A DNA stretch of 39,832 nucleotides from an uncultured Bacilli bacterium (lineage in GTDB: Bacteria > Bacillota_I > Bacilli_A > RF39 > UBA660): positions 1 to 39,832 of the forward strand of contig CANRLP010000003.1 in NCBI GenBank assembly GCA_947631515.1. The letters are read 5' to 3'. Shown one piece after another: positions 9,557 through 19,806 of this stretch. Under the pieces are notes generated by a model. That model was not told the DNA's origin, searched no databases, and was given only the letters and a program-made list of their open reading frames with translations. The translations under genes and the position numbers were made by a program. Positions within the stretch are counted from its first letter, which is position 1; every line of letters begins with the position of its first letter.

Positions 9557-10162
9557 ATGGAATCAAGAGAAGAACTGTTTTTACAATATAAATTTGCTAA
9601 GCAAATGTTGGAAACAGAAATAAATATATTAATTGAAGAATTCGTTTTTGTACATGGATATAACCCTGTTGAACATATTAAATCACGTATAAAATCAGAG
9701 GCTAGTATAATCAAAAAATTAGAAAAGAAAGGCTATAATTATTCTCTTAATAATATTATAAGCCATATTCATGATGGAGTAGGTATAAGAGTTGTTGTTT
9801 CTTTTTTAAGTGATGTATATGATATTGTAGCGGTTATTCGTAAATCAAAAAATTTAATAATTGTCGGGCAAGAAGATTATATTAAACATCCAAAAGATAC
9901 AGGATATATATCTTATCACTTAAATGTTTTAGTGCCAGTATATTTGGAAAATCGAATTGATTATGTTGAAGCGGAAATTCAAATTAGAACTATTGCGATG
10001 GACTTTTGGGCCTCATTAGATCATAAAATTAGATATAAATTTCCTAATGAAATACCAGCTGATGTTAAAGAAAAAATGTATGAAAATTCCTTGATTATAA
10101 AGCAATTAGATAATCAAATGATGCATTTAAATGATATAGTAAATCGCTATGATAAAAATTAA
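9557..10162 (+). CDS. small alarmone (p)ppGpp synthetase (RelP/RelQ, YwaC/YjbM family)
   Basis: NPVEHIKSRIKS, DGVGIRV, DYIKHPKDTGYISYHL, EIQIRTIAMDFWASLDHKIRYK. Confidence 0.92.
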   Translation: MESREELFLQYKFAKQMLETEINILIEEFVFVHGYNPVEHIKSRIKSEASIIKKLEKKGYNYSLNNIISHIHDGVGIRVVVSFLSDVYDIVAVIRKSKNLIIVGQEDYIKHPKDTGYISYHLNVLVPVYLENRIDYVEAEIQIRTIAMDFWASLDHKIRYKFPNEIPADVKEKMYENSLIIKQLDNQMMHLNDIVNRYDKN

Positions 10163-10224
10163 AATAAACTTTACAAGTTTTTTAGAAATGATATAATATT
10201 TTAAGAAATAGGAGGTATTTAATT

Positions 10225-10764
10225 ATGGAATTAAAAGGAAGTAAGACAGAAGCTAATTTAATGTCTGCTTTTGCAGGGGAAAGTCAAGCTAGAAATAAAT
10301 ATAGTTATTATGCTTCAAAAGCTAAAAAAGAAGGATATGAACAAATTGCAGCAATTTTTGAAGAAACTGCTAATAATGAGAAGGAACATGCTAAAATTTG
10401 GTTTAAAACATTACATGATGGAGAAGTACCTGATACATTAACTAATTTAAAAGATGCTGCTAGTGGTGAAAATTACGAATGGACAGAAATGTATAAAGAA
10501 TTCGCTGAAACAGCTCGTGAAGAAGGATTTAACGATATTGCTAAATTATTTGAAATGGTTGGAGAAATTGAACAACATCATGAAGAAAGATTTATGAAAT
10601 TAGTTGATAATATTGAAAATAATTTAGTTTTTGAAAAAGGAGAAGAAAAAGTTTGGATTTGCCGTAATTGTGGACATGTCTATGTAGGTAAGTCTGCTCC
10701 AGTAGTATGTCCAGTTTGTAAACATCCACAATCTTATATGGAATTAAAAGCTGAAAATTATTAA
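10225..10764 (+). CDS. rbr: rubrerythrin
   Basis: [18 protein letters not shown], ExxH di-iron motifs (EKEH, EQHH), and a C-terminal rubredoxin domain (CRNC...CPVC). Confidence 0.95.
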   Translation: MELKGSKTEANLMSAFAGESQARNKYSYYASKAKKEGYEQIAAIFEETANNEKEHAKIWFKTLHDGEVPDTLTNLKDAASGENYEWTEMYKEFAETAREEGFNDIAKLFEMVGEIEQHHEERFMKLVDNIENNLVFEKGEEKVWICRNCGHVYVGKSAPVVCPVCKHPQSYMELKAENY

Positions 10765-10830
10765 AAAGTACAAGATGTGCTTTTTTTCTTGGGAAAAAGT
10801 GCTATAATACTAAAACAAAGGGTGATACAT

Positions 10831-11829
10831 ATGGCAAAAAAAGCCGAAAATGATGCTAAAAAAGATATTTTAAATAATGTCAAAGATAAAGTTATGGCTG
10901 AGTTAAATAAAGAAATTAAAGCCTCTTTAACTAGTCAAGTAAATCAATTTAAAGAAAGTTTTCAAGAAGAAATAACCCGGACAATTAATGAAGAAGTTGA
11001 AGAAGTAGTAAAAAGAGAAGAAAAAAGAATAGCTCGGAGTAAGAATTTTGCTTTATTTAAAAAAAATGTGGTGATTTTAATTCTGCTAGCAATCACTTGC
11101 TATTTTGGATATTGTTTATACGATGTTAAATATTTTAATTTTATGAAAAGTGATTGTGAAAAAAATGGTAATTGTATGGTAAGTAATACCGATGATAAAA
11201 ATAGTAATCCTACTGAAGAAGTTATTAAAGATAAAAATTGGTATATGGAAAATTATGGCTACTTATTAAATAATGTTCAAGTTTCTTTAGATGCCGACCA
11301 AGTAAGTGCCTATTATTTATATAGTAAAGATTATGTTTTAAGTGATATAAAGGTTTCTTATCTTTTAAATTTAGCATTTAAACAAGTAGATAGCAAAAAT
11401 ATTAAAGAAAATTCCCTAAATGTTACGGTTGATGAAGAAGTTTTAAAGAAAGCTTTTGAAAATTTATTTGGATCATTAGATAATTACAAAGCATCTACTT
11501 TTTCTTATAATTGTTTAAATTTTCAATACGATAAAGATAAAAAACGTTATGTAGCTGATAATAAAGAATGTAGTTCAAATAAAAAAATCTTGGAAAATAT
11601 TACAGATATGTATGAAGAAGATAATAAACTATATATTTTAACAACAGCAACTATTTATGACGAAAATGAAGCTAGTTTTTATACCTTTGATAATTTATTT
11701 GATGCCAAAGTTGCAAATGTAACGCCTAATGATTTAGAAAGCAATTCTAAAAAATTAAATAAATATCAATACATTTTTAAAAAAGCTGATGATACGTATT
11801 ATTTCGATTCTATTACAAAATTAAAGTAA
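10831..11829 (+). CDS. single-pass membrane protein with cytoplasmic coiled coil and Cys-containing extracellular domain
   Basis: Start moved from 10777 to ATG 10831, behind GGGTGA and a TG-c-TATAAT promoter element. One TM helix (VVILILLAITCYFGYCLY). Confidence 0.75.
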   Translation: MAKKAENDAKKDILNNVKDKVMAELNKEIKASLTSQVNQFKESFQEEITRTINEEVEEVVKREEKRIARSKNFALFKKNVVILILLAITCYFGYCLYDVKYFNFMKSDCEKNGNCMVSNTDDKNSNPTEEVIKDKNWYMENYGYLLNNVQVSLDADQVSAYYLYSKDYVLSDIKVSYLLNLAFKQVDSKNIKENSLNVTVDEEVLKKAFENLFGSLDNYKASTFSYNCLNFQYDKDKKRYVADNKECSSNKKILENITDMYEEDNKLYILTTATIYDENEASFYTFDNLFDAKVANVTPNDLESNSKKLNKYQYIFKKADDTYYFDSITKLK

Positions 11830-11833
11830 TATG

Positions 11834-11842
11834 TGTTATAAT
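11834..11842 (+). promoter_or_regulatory. extended -10 promoter of the pheST leader
   Basis: TG-t-TATAAT directly upstream of the T-box leader. Confidence 0.6.
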
Positions 11843-11849
11843 AAACTCA

Positions 11850-12073
11850 TGTGCAGCGTTGATAATGTTTTAGTATTTATATTTATCTTCAAATAGAGAT
11901 TAAATGCACTATGCTGGAAGCATTTAAAGATAATAAATATAAAGAATTTCACCATTGGAGCTAATCCGCAAAGTATGCGTTATATCTAAACAAAGTGCTA
12001 GATTTTTCTAGAATTTGGGTGGTACCGCGGAAAAAGTCCTTTCGTCCCTTACATATTTTGTAAGGGCTTTTTT
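11850..12073 (+). ncRNA. T-box riboswitch (Phe specifier) upstream of pheST
   Basis: AGAGA and GCTGGAAG stem I motifs, specifier GAAT-TTC-ACC (UUC = Phe, 11948-11950), T-box AATTTGGGTGGTACCGCGG (12012-12030), antiterminator partner TTCGTCCC, and terminator CCCTTACA..TGTAAGGG followed by Ts. Confidence 0.93.
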
Positions 12074-12096
12074 ATAATTTAATAAGGGAGATTAAT

Positions 12097-13146
12097 ATGA
12101 AAGAAAAAGTTAATGAATTAAAAAAAGAAGCTTTAGAAAAAATTGAAAAAGTAACTAATTTAAAAGAAATAAATGAATTAAAAGTTGAATATTTAGGTAA
12201 GAAAGGTTTGGTAAGTGAATTATCTACTTATTTAAAAGATTTAGATTTAAATGAAAAACGAGAGTTTGGAATGATTCTTAATAATTTAAAAACAGATTTA
12301 AATAATGCTATCGATAGTAAAATAGAATATTTTGAAGAGCAAGAATTAAATCAAAAGTTAGCTAATGAAGAAATTGATATTACTTTACCTAGTACTAAAA
12401 TACTTGTTGGTTCACCTAATATATTAGAAAAAGTAGTTGAAGATGTCGAAGAAGTATTTATGGCTATGGGTTATGATGTTGTAGATGGCCCAGAAGTAGA
12501 AGAAGATCATTTCAATTTTGAATTATTAAATATTCCTAAAGGTCATCCGGCAAGAGATGCTCAAGATACTTTCTATTTAAAAGGTGATGAAATTTTACTG
12601 CGCAGTCAAACATCTCCGGTGCAAGCCAGAACTATGTTAGCAGCTGGTGGTGATAAACCTATTAGAATGATTTGTCCTGGTAAAACTTATCGAAGAGATG
12701 CTGATGATGCGACTCATTCTCATCAATTTATGCAAATTGAAGGATTATTGGTCGATAAAAAGGTTAGTTTAGCAGATTTAAAAGGAACTTTTGAAGTTGT
12801 TGCTAAACAATTATTTGGAGAGTCTTGTGAAACTAGATTACGTCCTAGTTATTATCAATTTACCGAACCTTCAGTAGAGATGGATATTTCTTGTTTTGCT
12901 TGTAAGGGTAAAGGCTGTAATATTTGTAAACATACTGGTTGGATAACTGTTAGTGGAGCCGGAATTGTTCATCCTAATGTTTTAAGAAATTGTGGTTATG
13001 ATCCAGAAGTTTGGACAGGATTTGCCTTTGGATTTGGGGCTGATCGAATCGCTATGCTAAAATATGGAATCAATGATATTAGAACATTTTATCAAACAGA
13101 TTTAAGAGAAGTAGATAATTTTGATAGATTGGAGGCTGAAAATTAA
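12097..13146 (+). CDS. pheS: phenylalanine--tRNA ligase alpha subunit
   Basis: HPARDAQDTFY, LLRSQTSPVQ, DATHSHQFMQIEG, QFTEPS, GFAFGFGADRIAMLKYGI. Confidence 0.97.
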   Translation: MKEKVNELKKEALEKIEKVTNLKEINELKVEYLGKKGLVSELSTYLKDLDLNEKREFGMILNNLKTDLNNAIDSKIEYFEEQELNQKLANEEIDITLPSTKILVGSPNILEKVVEDVEEVFMAMGYDVVDGPEVEEDHFNFELLNIPKGHPARDAQDTFYLKGDEILLRSQTSPVQARTMLAAGGDKPIRMICPGKTYRRDADDATHSHQFMQIEGLLVDKKVSLADLKGTFEVVAKQLFGESCETRLRPSYYQFTEPSVEMDISCFACKGKGCNICKHTGWITVSGAGIVHPNVLRNCGYDPEVWTGFAFGFGADRIAMLKYGINDIRTFYQTDLREVDNFDRLEAEN

Positions 13147-15515
13147 TGATTAGTTTAAATTGGGTAAAAGATTATGTTGATATTGAAAATGAAGATTTGC
13201 ATAAGTTAGCAGTTAAAATCACGGAAGCTGGTATCAATGTCGAAAATGTTATTGATAAACGAATAAAAAATTTAGTAATTGGAAAAGTTGTAGAATGTCT
13301 AGAACATCCCAATAGTGATCATTTACATATTTGTAAAGTAGATATTGGCCAAAATATTATTCAAATTGTTTGTGGTGCTCCAAATGTTCGAAAAGATTTA
13401 AAAGTTTTGGTAGCATTACCTGGTGCCGTTCTTCCCGAAAATATGGAAATTAAAGCTGGTAAAATAAGAGGAGAAGAATCTAATGGCATGCTTTGTGCTT
13501 TATTTGAATTAGGTTTAGAAGAAAAAACAGAAGAAAATTATAATAAAGGAATTCATGAAGTACCAGATAATATTGAAGTAGGTAGTGATGCTAATGATTA
13601 TTTAGGAACTAATGATGTTTTATATGATTTAGATATTCATAAGCATCGGAATAACGATTGTTATTATCATATTGGTTTTGCTTATGAAATTGCCTGTATT
13701 TTAAATAAAAAGGTAACTTTGCCAAATCTTGATCATAAAGAAATAAAAGATGATGTAAATGATTTTGTGAGTTTAAGAGTGGAAACTGATAAATGTCCAT
13801 ATTATGTAGCTAAAATGGTTCGTAATGTTCATATTAAAGAATCTCCTGATTTTATAAAACAACGTTTGTTAGCTTGTGGAATGCGACCAATTAATAATGT
13901 AGTTGATATTTCTAATTATGTGATGTTAGAATTTGGGCAACCTCTCCATTTCTTTGATAAGGATCGTTTAGGAGAAAAAATTGTGGTAAGAAATGCTAAA
14001 GATAACGAAGAAATAGTTACTTTAGATGGTAATTTAAGAACCTTAAGTAATAAAGATATCGTTATTACAGATGGAGAAAAGCCAGTTTGTATTGCTGGAG
14101 TTATGGGTGGAGAAAATACCGATGTAATAGATTCAACAAAAGATATTTTAATAGAAAGTGCTATATTTGATGCGGTTAGTATTCGTAATACAGCTCAAAA
14201 ATTAAATTTAAAAAGTGAAGCTTCTATACGTTATGGTAAAGGCTTAAGTTATGAATATACAAATTTTGCTATTGAAAGAGCTTGTGCCTTATTAGAACGT
14301 TATGCTGATGCTGAAGTATTAAGTGGCAAAGTTATTTATGATAATATTGATAAACAAGAAAAAATAGTAACTTTTAAAACGGAGGATATAAATACTATTT
14401 TAGGAATTAATTTAAGTGATACAGATATCAAAACTGAGTTGGCTCGATTAGATTTTGAGTTTCAAGAAGAAAAAGATTCATTTAAAGTAACTATTCCAAG
14501 TCGGAGATTAGATATAGATGCTAACGTTAATGATATAGCTGAAGAAATAGGTAGACTTTATGGTTATCAAAATTTAGTATCTACCTTACCATTTCTTTTA
14601 ACTAGGCGTGGTAAATACATAGGTGATGTAAAAATTCGTAAAGATATAACTAAACGTTTACGAGTTTTAGGTTTAAATGAATGCAAAACTTATACTTTAA
14701 CCAGTCCGGAAATGGCTAAATTATTTAAATATGAAAATCGAGAAAATTTAGTTTTACCCAATCCAATGAGTGTAGATAAATCAGTAATTAGAACTACTAT
14801 TTTACCTTCACTACTAAATGTTTATGATTATAATAAAGCTCGGCATGTCAAAGATATTTTGATTTATGAAATTGCTAAAACTTATGATCAAGATTATAAG
14901 GAAGAATCAAAAGTAGCTATTTTAATGAAAGGTAATTATATTATTAATGAATGGCAAAAAACATTAGTAAAAGTTGATTTTTATTTGTTGAAAGGAATAA
15001 TAGAAAATTTATTAGAATATTTAGGATTTAAGAATCGTTATACTTTTGTTAAAGAAGAGATTGATTCTTTGCATCCTGGTGTTTCAGCAGGAATTTATTT
15101 AGACCGAAAAAAAATTGGAATAATAGGACGAATTCATCCAAGCATTAAAAAAGACGATATATATGTTGCTGAATTATCAATGCAAGCTTTATTTGAAAGT
15201 CAAATTAAACCAATTAAATATAAAGAAGCTAATAAATATCCTGAAATAGTTAAGGATGTAGCTTTTATTGTTGATAATAATATTGATAGTGAAACAATTA
15301 AAAATACTATTTGTTCTTGCGGAAAACGTATTTTAGATTCTGTAGAAGTTTTTGACTTATATCCTAATATTAGTGAAGGCAAAAAGTCAATTGCTTATAA
15401 ATTAACTTTTAAAGATCCAACAAGAACTTTAGAAGAAGCAGAAGTTATGGAAGTTTTCAATACAATTATTGCTAAAGTAACGGCAAATCATAATGCCATT
15501 TTACGTGATAAGTAA
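13146..15515 (+). CDS. pheT: phenylalanine--tRNA ligase beta subunit
   Basis: MISLNW, tRNA-binding OB fold (IVCGAPNV, IRGEESNGMLC), INNVVDISNYVMLEFGQPLHFFD, FDX-ACB C-terminus, TAATG overlap with pheS. Confidence 0.97.
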   Translation: MISLNWVKDYVDIENEDLHKLAVKITEAGINVENVIDKRIKNLVIGKVVECLEHPNSDHLHICKVDIGQNIIQIVCGAPNVRKDLKVLVALPGAVLPENMEIKAGKIRGEESNGMLCALFELGLEEKTEENYNKGIHEVPDNIEVGSDANDYLGTNDVLYDLDIHKHRNNDCYYHIGFAYEIACILNKKVTLPNLDHKEIKDDVNDFVSLRVETDKCPYYVAKMVRNVHIKESPDFIKQRLLACGMRPINNVVDISNYVMLEFGQPLHFFDKDRLGEKIVVRNAKDNEEIVTLDGNLRTLSNKDIVITDGEKPVCIAGVMGGENTDVIDSTKDILIESAIFDAVSIRNTAQKLNLKSEASIRYGKGLSYEYTNFAIERACALLERYADAEVLSGKVIYDNIDKQEKIVTFKTEDINTILGINLSDTDIKTELARLDFEFQEEKDSFKVTIPSRRLDIDANVNDIAEEIGRLYGYQNLVSTLPFLLTRRGKYIGDVKIRKDITKRLRVLGLNECKTYTLTSPEMAKLFKYENRENLVLPNPMSVDKSVIRTTILPSLLNVYDYNKARHVKDILIYEIAKTYDQDYKEESKVAILMKGNYIINEWQKTLVKVDFYLLKGIIENLLEYLGFKNRYTFVKEEIDSLHPGVSAGIYLDRKKIGIIGRIHPSIKKDDIYVAELSMQALFESQIKPIKYKEANKYPEIVKDVAFIVDNNIDSETIKNTICSCGKRILDSVEVFDLYPNISEGKKSIAYKLTFKDPTRTLEEAEVMEVFNTIIAKVTANHNAILRDK

Positions 15516-15573
15516 AAATTTGACAAAAATCCTATTTTGTATTAGAATACAATTCATTCGAAAGGGGATTTTT

Positions 15574-16209
15574 ATGAAAATAAAAAATATTAGAAAAAGC
15601 GAAAATTTATCAATCATATGTGCTATTGTGGCTGGAATATCATTTACTGCTGGTTATTTAATAGCTGCTAAACAAGAAAAATTACCAATTGTTAATGAAA
15701 ATGTAATTGAAGCAACTAACGAAAATACTGACGAATTAGGAGAATTATCAATTTATGAAAATGGTGATACTATTCATTTTCATTTTGCTAACGATAAATA
15801 TGTGCCAACTGCGGAAACTGAACATGCTACAATAACTCAAGAAAAACCAGTAAGTCACGGACAATTTTTAGTAGATAATGGTATCTTTTTGAATGAAACA
15901 GCAGTTACTACAAAAAAGGATGCTTTATGTGCTAATACCATTGCTGAATTTGTAGATAATGTACCTGATAATAAACCAGTTTATGATTCTATGAGTGATA
16001 TTGGCAGATATGTGGCTGGTACAATTTTTATGAATGATAAAGGAGATGTGCGTATATCTTATAGTGATGAAGATTCTTATCAATTAGTTTTAGCTGGTTA
16101 TAAATTGACTGGTTACCAAGTAAATAATCGTCAATCTGACTATAAAGAATTTTATCAAGATGAAGATTTAGTATGTACTGAAGGCTTGGATTTAAGTTTA
16201 ACACGTTAA
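15574..16209 (+). CDS. hypothetical exported/membrane-anchored protein
   Basis: Start moved from 15493 to ATG 15574 (RBS AAGGGG). Basic N-terminus, hydrophobic helix, then an acidic soluble domain. Confidence 0.7.
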   Translation: MKIKNIRKSENLSIICAIVAGISFTAGYLIAAKQEKLPIVNENVIEATNENTDELGELSIYENGDTIHFHFANDKYVPTAETEHATITQEKPVSHGQFLVDNGIFLNETAVTTKKDALCANTIAEFVDNVPDNKPVYDSMSDIGRYVAGTIFMNDKGDVRISYSDEDSYQLVLAGYKLTGYQVNNRQSDYKEFYQDEDLVCTEGLDLSLTR

Positions 16210-16235
16210 AATCTATTTTGTGAAATAGATTTTTT
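16209..16235 (+). terminator. Rho-independent terminator
   Basis: AAATCTATTT-tgtg-AAATAGATTT followed by Ts. Confidence 0.65.
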
Positions 16236-16242
16236 CTTTTTT

Positions 16243-16272
16243 TTCATTATTTTTTCACAAAATTGCTATAAT
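16243..16272 (+). promoter_or_regulatory. putative response-regulator autoregulatory site plus extended -10
   Basis: TTCATT-N5-TTCACA direct repeat (11-bp period) just upstream of TG-c-TATAAT. Confidence 0.5.
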
Positions 16273-16299
16273 ATATTTAAAGTTAAGAGGTGAAAAGTT

Positions 16300-16962
16300 T
16301 TGAAAGTTTTAATTGTGGATGATGAAAAATTAATTCGTGATGTCATAAAAGAATATTTAAAATTGGAAAACATTTTATTTGATGAAGCTGAAAATGGTTA
16401 TGAAGCAATTGAACAGGTTAAAAAGAATACTTATGATGTTGTTGTAATGGATATAATGATGCCTAAAATGGATGGTTATCAAGCAGTCAAAGAAATTCGT
16501 AAATTTAATAGTGTCCCTTTTATTATGCTTTCCGCAAGAGGAGAAGAATTTGATAAATTAACTTGTTTTGATATTGGTGTTGATGATTACGTTACAAAAC
16601 CTTTTAGTCCCCGAGAATTAATCGCTCGAATTAAAGCCGTTAGTAAACGTAATCATAGTGAACAAAAAATATATAAATTTCAAGGTTTAGAAATAGATGT
16701 CAATGCTCATGAAGTATTTGTCGATGGTAAAACAGTAAATTTAACTCCTAAAGAATTTGATTTATTAATGTATTTAGTAGAAAATAAAAATATTGCTTTA
16801 TCAAGAGAATCTTTGCTTTCTAATATTTGGGGATATGATTTTTATGGGGATGATCGAACAGTAGATACCCATATAAAAACTTTACGTAATAATTTAGGAG
16901 AATATCGTGATTTCATTATTACGGTTAGGAAAGTAGGATATAAATTTGAATATAAAGAATAA
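16300..16962 (+). CDS. OmpR/PhoB-family response regulator
   Basis: VLIVDDE, MDIMMPKMDG (phospho-Asp), DDYVTKPFSPREL, winged helix LTPKEFDLL...RTVDTHIKTLR...GYKFE. TTG start with RBS GAGGTG. Confidence 0.95.
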   Translation: MKVLIVDDEKLIRDVIKEYLKLENILFDEAENGYEAIEQVKKNTYDVVVMDIMMPKMDGYQAVKEIRKFNSVPFIMLSARGEEFDKLTCFDIGVDDYVTKPFSPRELIARIKAVSKRNHSEQKIYKFQGLEIDVNAHEVFVDGKTVNLTPKEFDLLMYLVENKNIALSRESLLSNIWGYDFYGDDRTVDTHIKTLRNNLGEYRDFIITVRKVGYKFEYKE

Positions 16963-18373
16963 ATTTATAAATATTAAGCAAAAATGGCAAGAAAATAAAA
17001 ATAGCTTTGGAGTAAAAACTTTATTATCTTTATTATTATTTAGTTTAGGAATTGTCTTGTTTTTATGGCTATTTCAAATATTATTTTTACAAGTTAGTTA
17101 TGAACATTATCAAATGAAAAAAATAAATAATATTATTACCGAAATAAAGAAAACATCCTCAGAAAAATTAGATAGCACATTACAAAATTTAGCTTATGAA
17201 AATAATGTATGTATGGAATTTGAAACTGATTATGGAGCAATACTAAGTTATAATACAATGCAAAATAGTTGTGGATTAAATAAAAATATAAAAGCTATTA
17301 ATAATTTTAAAAATCAAATTAAATATAACGAAAATGTTATGCAAGGTATTAAACTTGTTAATCCTCTTAATAATCGAAAAGCTTATCTTTATGGCATAAA
17401 TAATGCTTATGGTACAATATATATTTATAGTACATTAGAAGATTTAGATTCTACGAGCATGGTTTTAAAAAATCAATTAATTTATATTATGTTGTTTGTT
17501 TTAGTATTTGCTTGTTCTATTGCTTATTTTCTTTCTAAAAAAATTACTAAACCTATTGTAGGAATTACTAAAAAAGCTAGAGAAATGGGTAAAGGGAATT
17601 ATGATTTAGTTTTTCCTGAGACTGGGACAGCTGAAATTGATGAGTTAGCCAAAACTTTAAATAATGCTTGTAAAGATATGAAAAAAATTGAAGAGTTACG
17701 AAGAGATTTGCTGGCTAATGTATCGCATGATTTAAAAACGCCATTAACAATGATTAAAGCTTATGCTGAAATGGTCAGAGATATAAGCTATAAAGACTCT
17801 TTAAAAAGAGAAAAAGATTTAAATGTAATTATTGAAGAAACTGATCGTTTAACAATTTTAGTTAATGATTTACTAGAACTATCGAAATTAGAAGCTTCGA
17901 TGTCTGAGCAAAGAAAATTAGAAACTTATGATTTAGGTAAAGAAATTCAAAAAATTATGGAAAAATACGATATTATTAAAGAAACCGAAAATTATAATTT
18001 TATTTTAGATATTCCTGATAATATTATGGTAAAAGCTGAAAAAAATAAAATAAATCAAGTTATTTATAATTTAATTAACAATGCTATTAATTATACTGGT
18101 AAAGATAAAGTTGTTAAAGTAAAAGTAAGTGAAAAAAAGGATACTTACTTGGTAGAAATTATTGATTCAGGAAAAGGAATTAAAACTGACGATTTACCTT
18201 ATATTTGGGATAAATATTATAAAAATGATCGTAATCATACTCGAAATGTGGTAGGTACTGGTATTGGTTTATCTATTGTTCGCAATATTTTAGAGCAACA
18301 CAAATTTAAATATGGAGTAAAAAGTAAAAAAAATAAAGGGACTACATTTTATTTTGAAATAAATAAAAAATAA
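16946..18373 (+). CDS. HAMP-domain sensor histidine kinase
   Basis: Two TM helices, HAMP domain, H-box ANVSHDLKTPL, N-box NLINNAINY, DSGKGI, GTGIGLSIV. Confidence 0.95.
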   Translation: MNIKNKFINIKQKWQENKNSFGVKTLLSLLLFSLGIVLFLWLFQILFLQVSYEHYQMKKINNIITEIKKTSSEKLDSTLQNLAYENNVCMEFETDYGAILSYNTMQNSCGLNKNIKAINNFKNQIKYNENVMQGIKLVNPLNNRKAYLYGINNAYGTIYIYSTLEDLDSTSMVLKNQLIYIMLFVLVFACSIAYFLSKKITKPIVGITKKAREMGKGNYDLVFPETGTAEIDELAKTLNNACKDMKKIEELRRDLLANVSHDLKTPLTMIKAYAEMVRDISYKDSLKREKDLNVIIEETDRLTILVNDLLELSKLEASMSEQRKLETYDLGKEIQKIMEKYDIIKETENYNFILDIPDNIMVKAEKNKINQVIYNLINNAINYTGKDKVVKVKVSEKKDTYLVEIIDSGKGIKTDDLPYIWDKYYKNDRNHTRNVVGTGIGLSIVRNILEQHKFKYGVKSKKNKGTTFYFEINKK

Positions 18374-18376
18374 TAT

Positions 18377-18419
18377 TTCATTTTCTTTTCACACAAATTA
18401 CACATTAAAATAGTATCAT
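18377..18419 (+). promoter_or_regulatory. triple direct repeat (OmpR-family-like box) and -10 element with no downstream ORF
   Basis: TTCATT / TTCACA / TACACA at 18377, 18388 and 18399 (11-bp period); TATCAT at 18414. Confidence 0.45.
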
Positions 18420-18525
18420 ACAGTTATGAAAGGAATGTGATATAAGAAGATATAAAAAAATCAATAAAATAAAATTAAGCAATAACTGTAATAAATATAA
18501 ATAAACTCAAAACTCACACTTTTAT

Positions 18526-18556
18526 AGAAGAAAGATTTTCCTACTTTCTTCTTTTT
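18526..18556 (+). terminator. Rho-independent terminator
   Basis: AGAAGAAAG-N9-CTTTCTTCT followed by Ts. Confidence 0.7.
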
Positions 18557-18637
18557 GTTTTTTTTATAATATGCTAAAATGTTATTAATAGTTTAAGTTC
18601 TATTTAAGAAAATAAATATTAAATTTTATTATAGGAG

Positions 18638-19159
18638 ATGTTGATAATGACCCAAAAGTTAGCAAGTTTTTTGGTAGGTTTGTTTGGTGGACTATCGGGA
18701 AGTTTGTTTGGCAAATATTTAGTTGTTTTTATTCTTTCTATGATTCCTATATTAGAACTTAGAGGAGGCTTAATTGCAGCTAGTTTGTTAGATTTACCAA
18801 TGTGGCAAAGTTTTTTAATCTGTTTTATTGGTAATATTATTCCCATACCTTTTATATTATGGTTAATTAATCCTATATTTCGAAAAATGCGGAATTGGAA
18901 ATATTTAGGCAAAGTAGTGAAATGGTGTGAAAATAAAGCAAATTCGAAAAAAGAACAAATTGAAAATTTAAAATATCTAGGGTTATTTTTATTTGTTGGT
19001 ATTCCTCTTCCCGGGACGGGAGCGTGGACTGGTTGTTTAATTGCCGCTCTTTTAAATATGGATAAAAAGAAATCTTTAATTGCCGCTTTTTTAGGAGTAA
19101 TCTTAGCAGGTATTATTATGTTAATTTTTTCTTATGGAGTATTAGGGAGGATTTTTTAA
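18638..19159 (+). CDS. small multi-drug export family membrane protein (COG2426)
   Basis: SMIPILELRGGL, GNIIPIPFIL, FVGIPLPGTGAWTG. The true start is probably ATG 18647. Confidence 0.88.
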   Translation: MLIMTQKLASFLVGLFGGLSGSLFGKYLVVFILSMIPILELRGGLIAASLLDLPMWQSFLICFIGNIIPIPFILWLINPIFRKMRNWKYLGKVVKWCENKANSKKEQIENLKYLGLFLFVGIPLPGTGAWTGCLIAALLNMDKKKSLIAAFLGVILAGIIMLIFSYGVLGRIF

Positions 19160-19777
19160 ATGAAAACGGTGTATTTTTTAAGTAATAATTTGATGAGTAG
19201 AGTAAATGTTATTTACCCCAAAACTACTACTTTCAATGAAGTTAGAGAAAAAACAATGTTAAGCACAAAAGGTGAAGAAGTTGCTAAAAATTTAGTTAAA
19301 GATAAAAATTTAGCTTCTGTAAGTGCAATATATAGTTCTCCTTTTACAAGTGCTATATCGACATGTAAGTATATTGCTGAAGATAAAGATTTAGAAATTT
19401 ATCTTGATAATAGATTAGGAGAAAGAGTTGTAGGAGAACTAGGATGTAACGAATATCGTTTTTTAAAAGGAATGCAAGAACATGATTTTACTTACAAATT
19501 AGAAAATGGCGAATCTTTAGAGGAAGTTAAAAATAGAATGGTTTCATGCTTAAAAGAAATATTAAATAGCGATAATGAAAATATTTTAATAGTAACCCAT
19601 AACATTGCTTTATTGAGTTTATTTCTAGCTTGGTGTCATAAAGATTTTAATTTAGATGATCATCTAATTTTAGATTATCAAGATGAGGTAGTATTTGATG
19701 GTATTTTTCACGAATATGATTTAATTGAAGTTAAATTTGATGGTACTAAAGTTTTAAGTATTCAACGTTTACAATAA
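19160..19777 (+). CDS. histidine phosphatase (phosphoglycerate mutase) family protein with degenerate active site
   Basis: LSTKGEEVA, IYSSP, LGERVVG, GESLEEV..R, ILIVTHN are present; the N-terminal RHG motif is absent. Confidence 0.75.
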   Translation: MKTVYFLSNNLMSRVNVIYPKTTTFNEVREKTMLSTKGEEVAKNLVKDKNLASVSAIYSSPFTSAISTCKYIAEDKDLEIYLDNRLGERVVGELGCNEYRFLKGMQEHDFTYKLENGESLEEVKNRMVSCLKEILNSDNENILIVTHNIALLSLFLAWCHKDFNLDDHLILDYQDEVVFDGIFHEYDLIEVKFDGTKVLSIQRLQ

Positions 19778-19806
19778 AAAAATGTAGAGTTTATATCTAC
19801 ATTTTT
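19778..19806. terminator. bidirectional terminator between convergent genes
   Basis: AAAAATGTAGA-N7-TCTACATTTTT. Confidence 0.75.
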
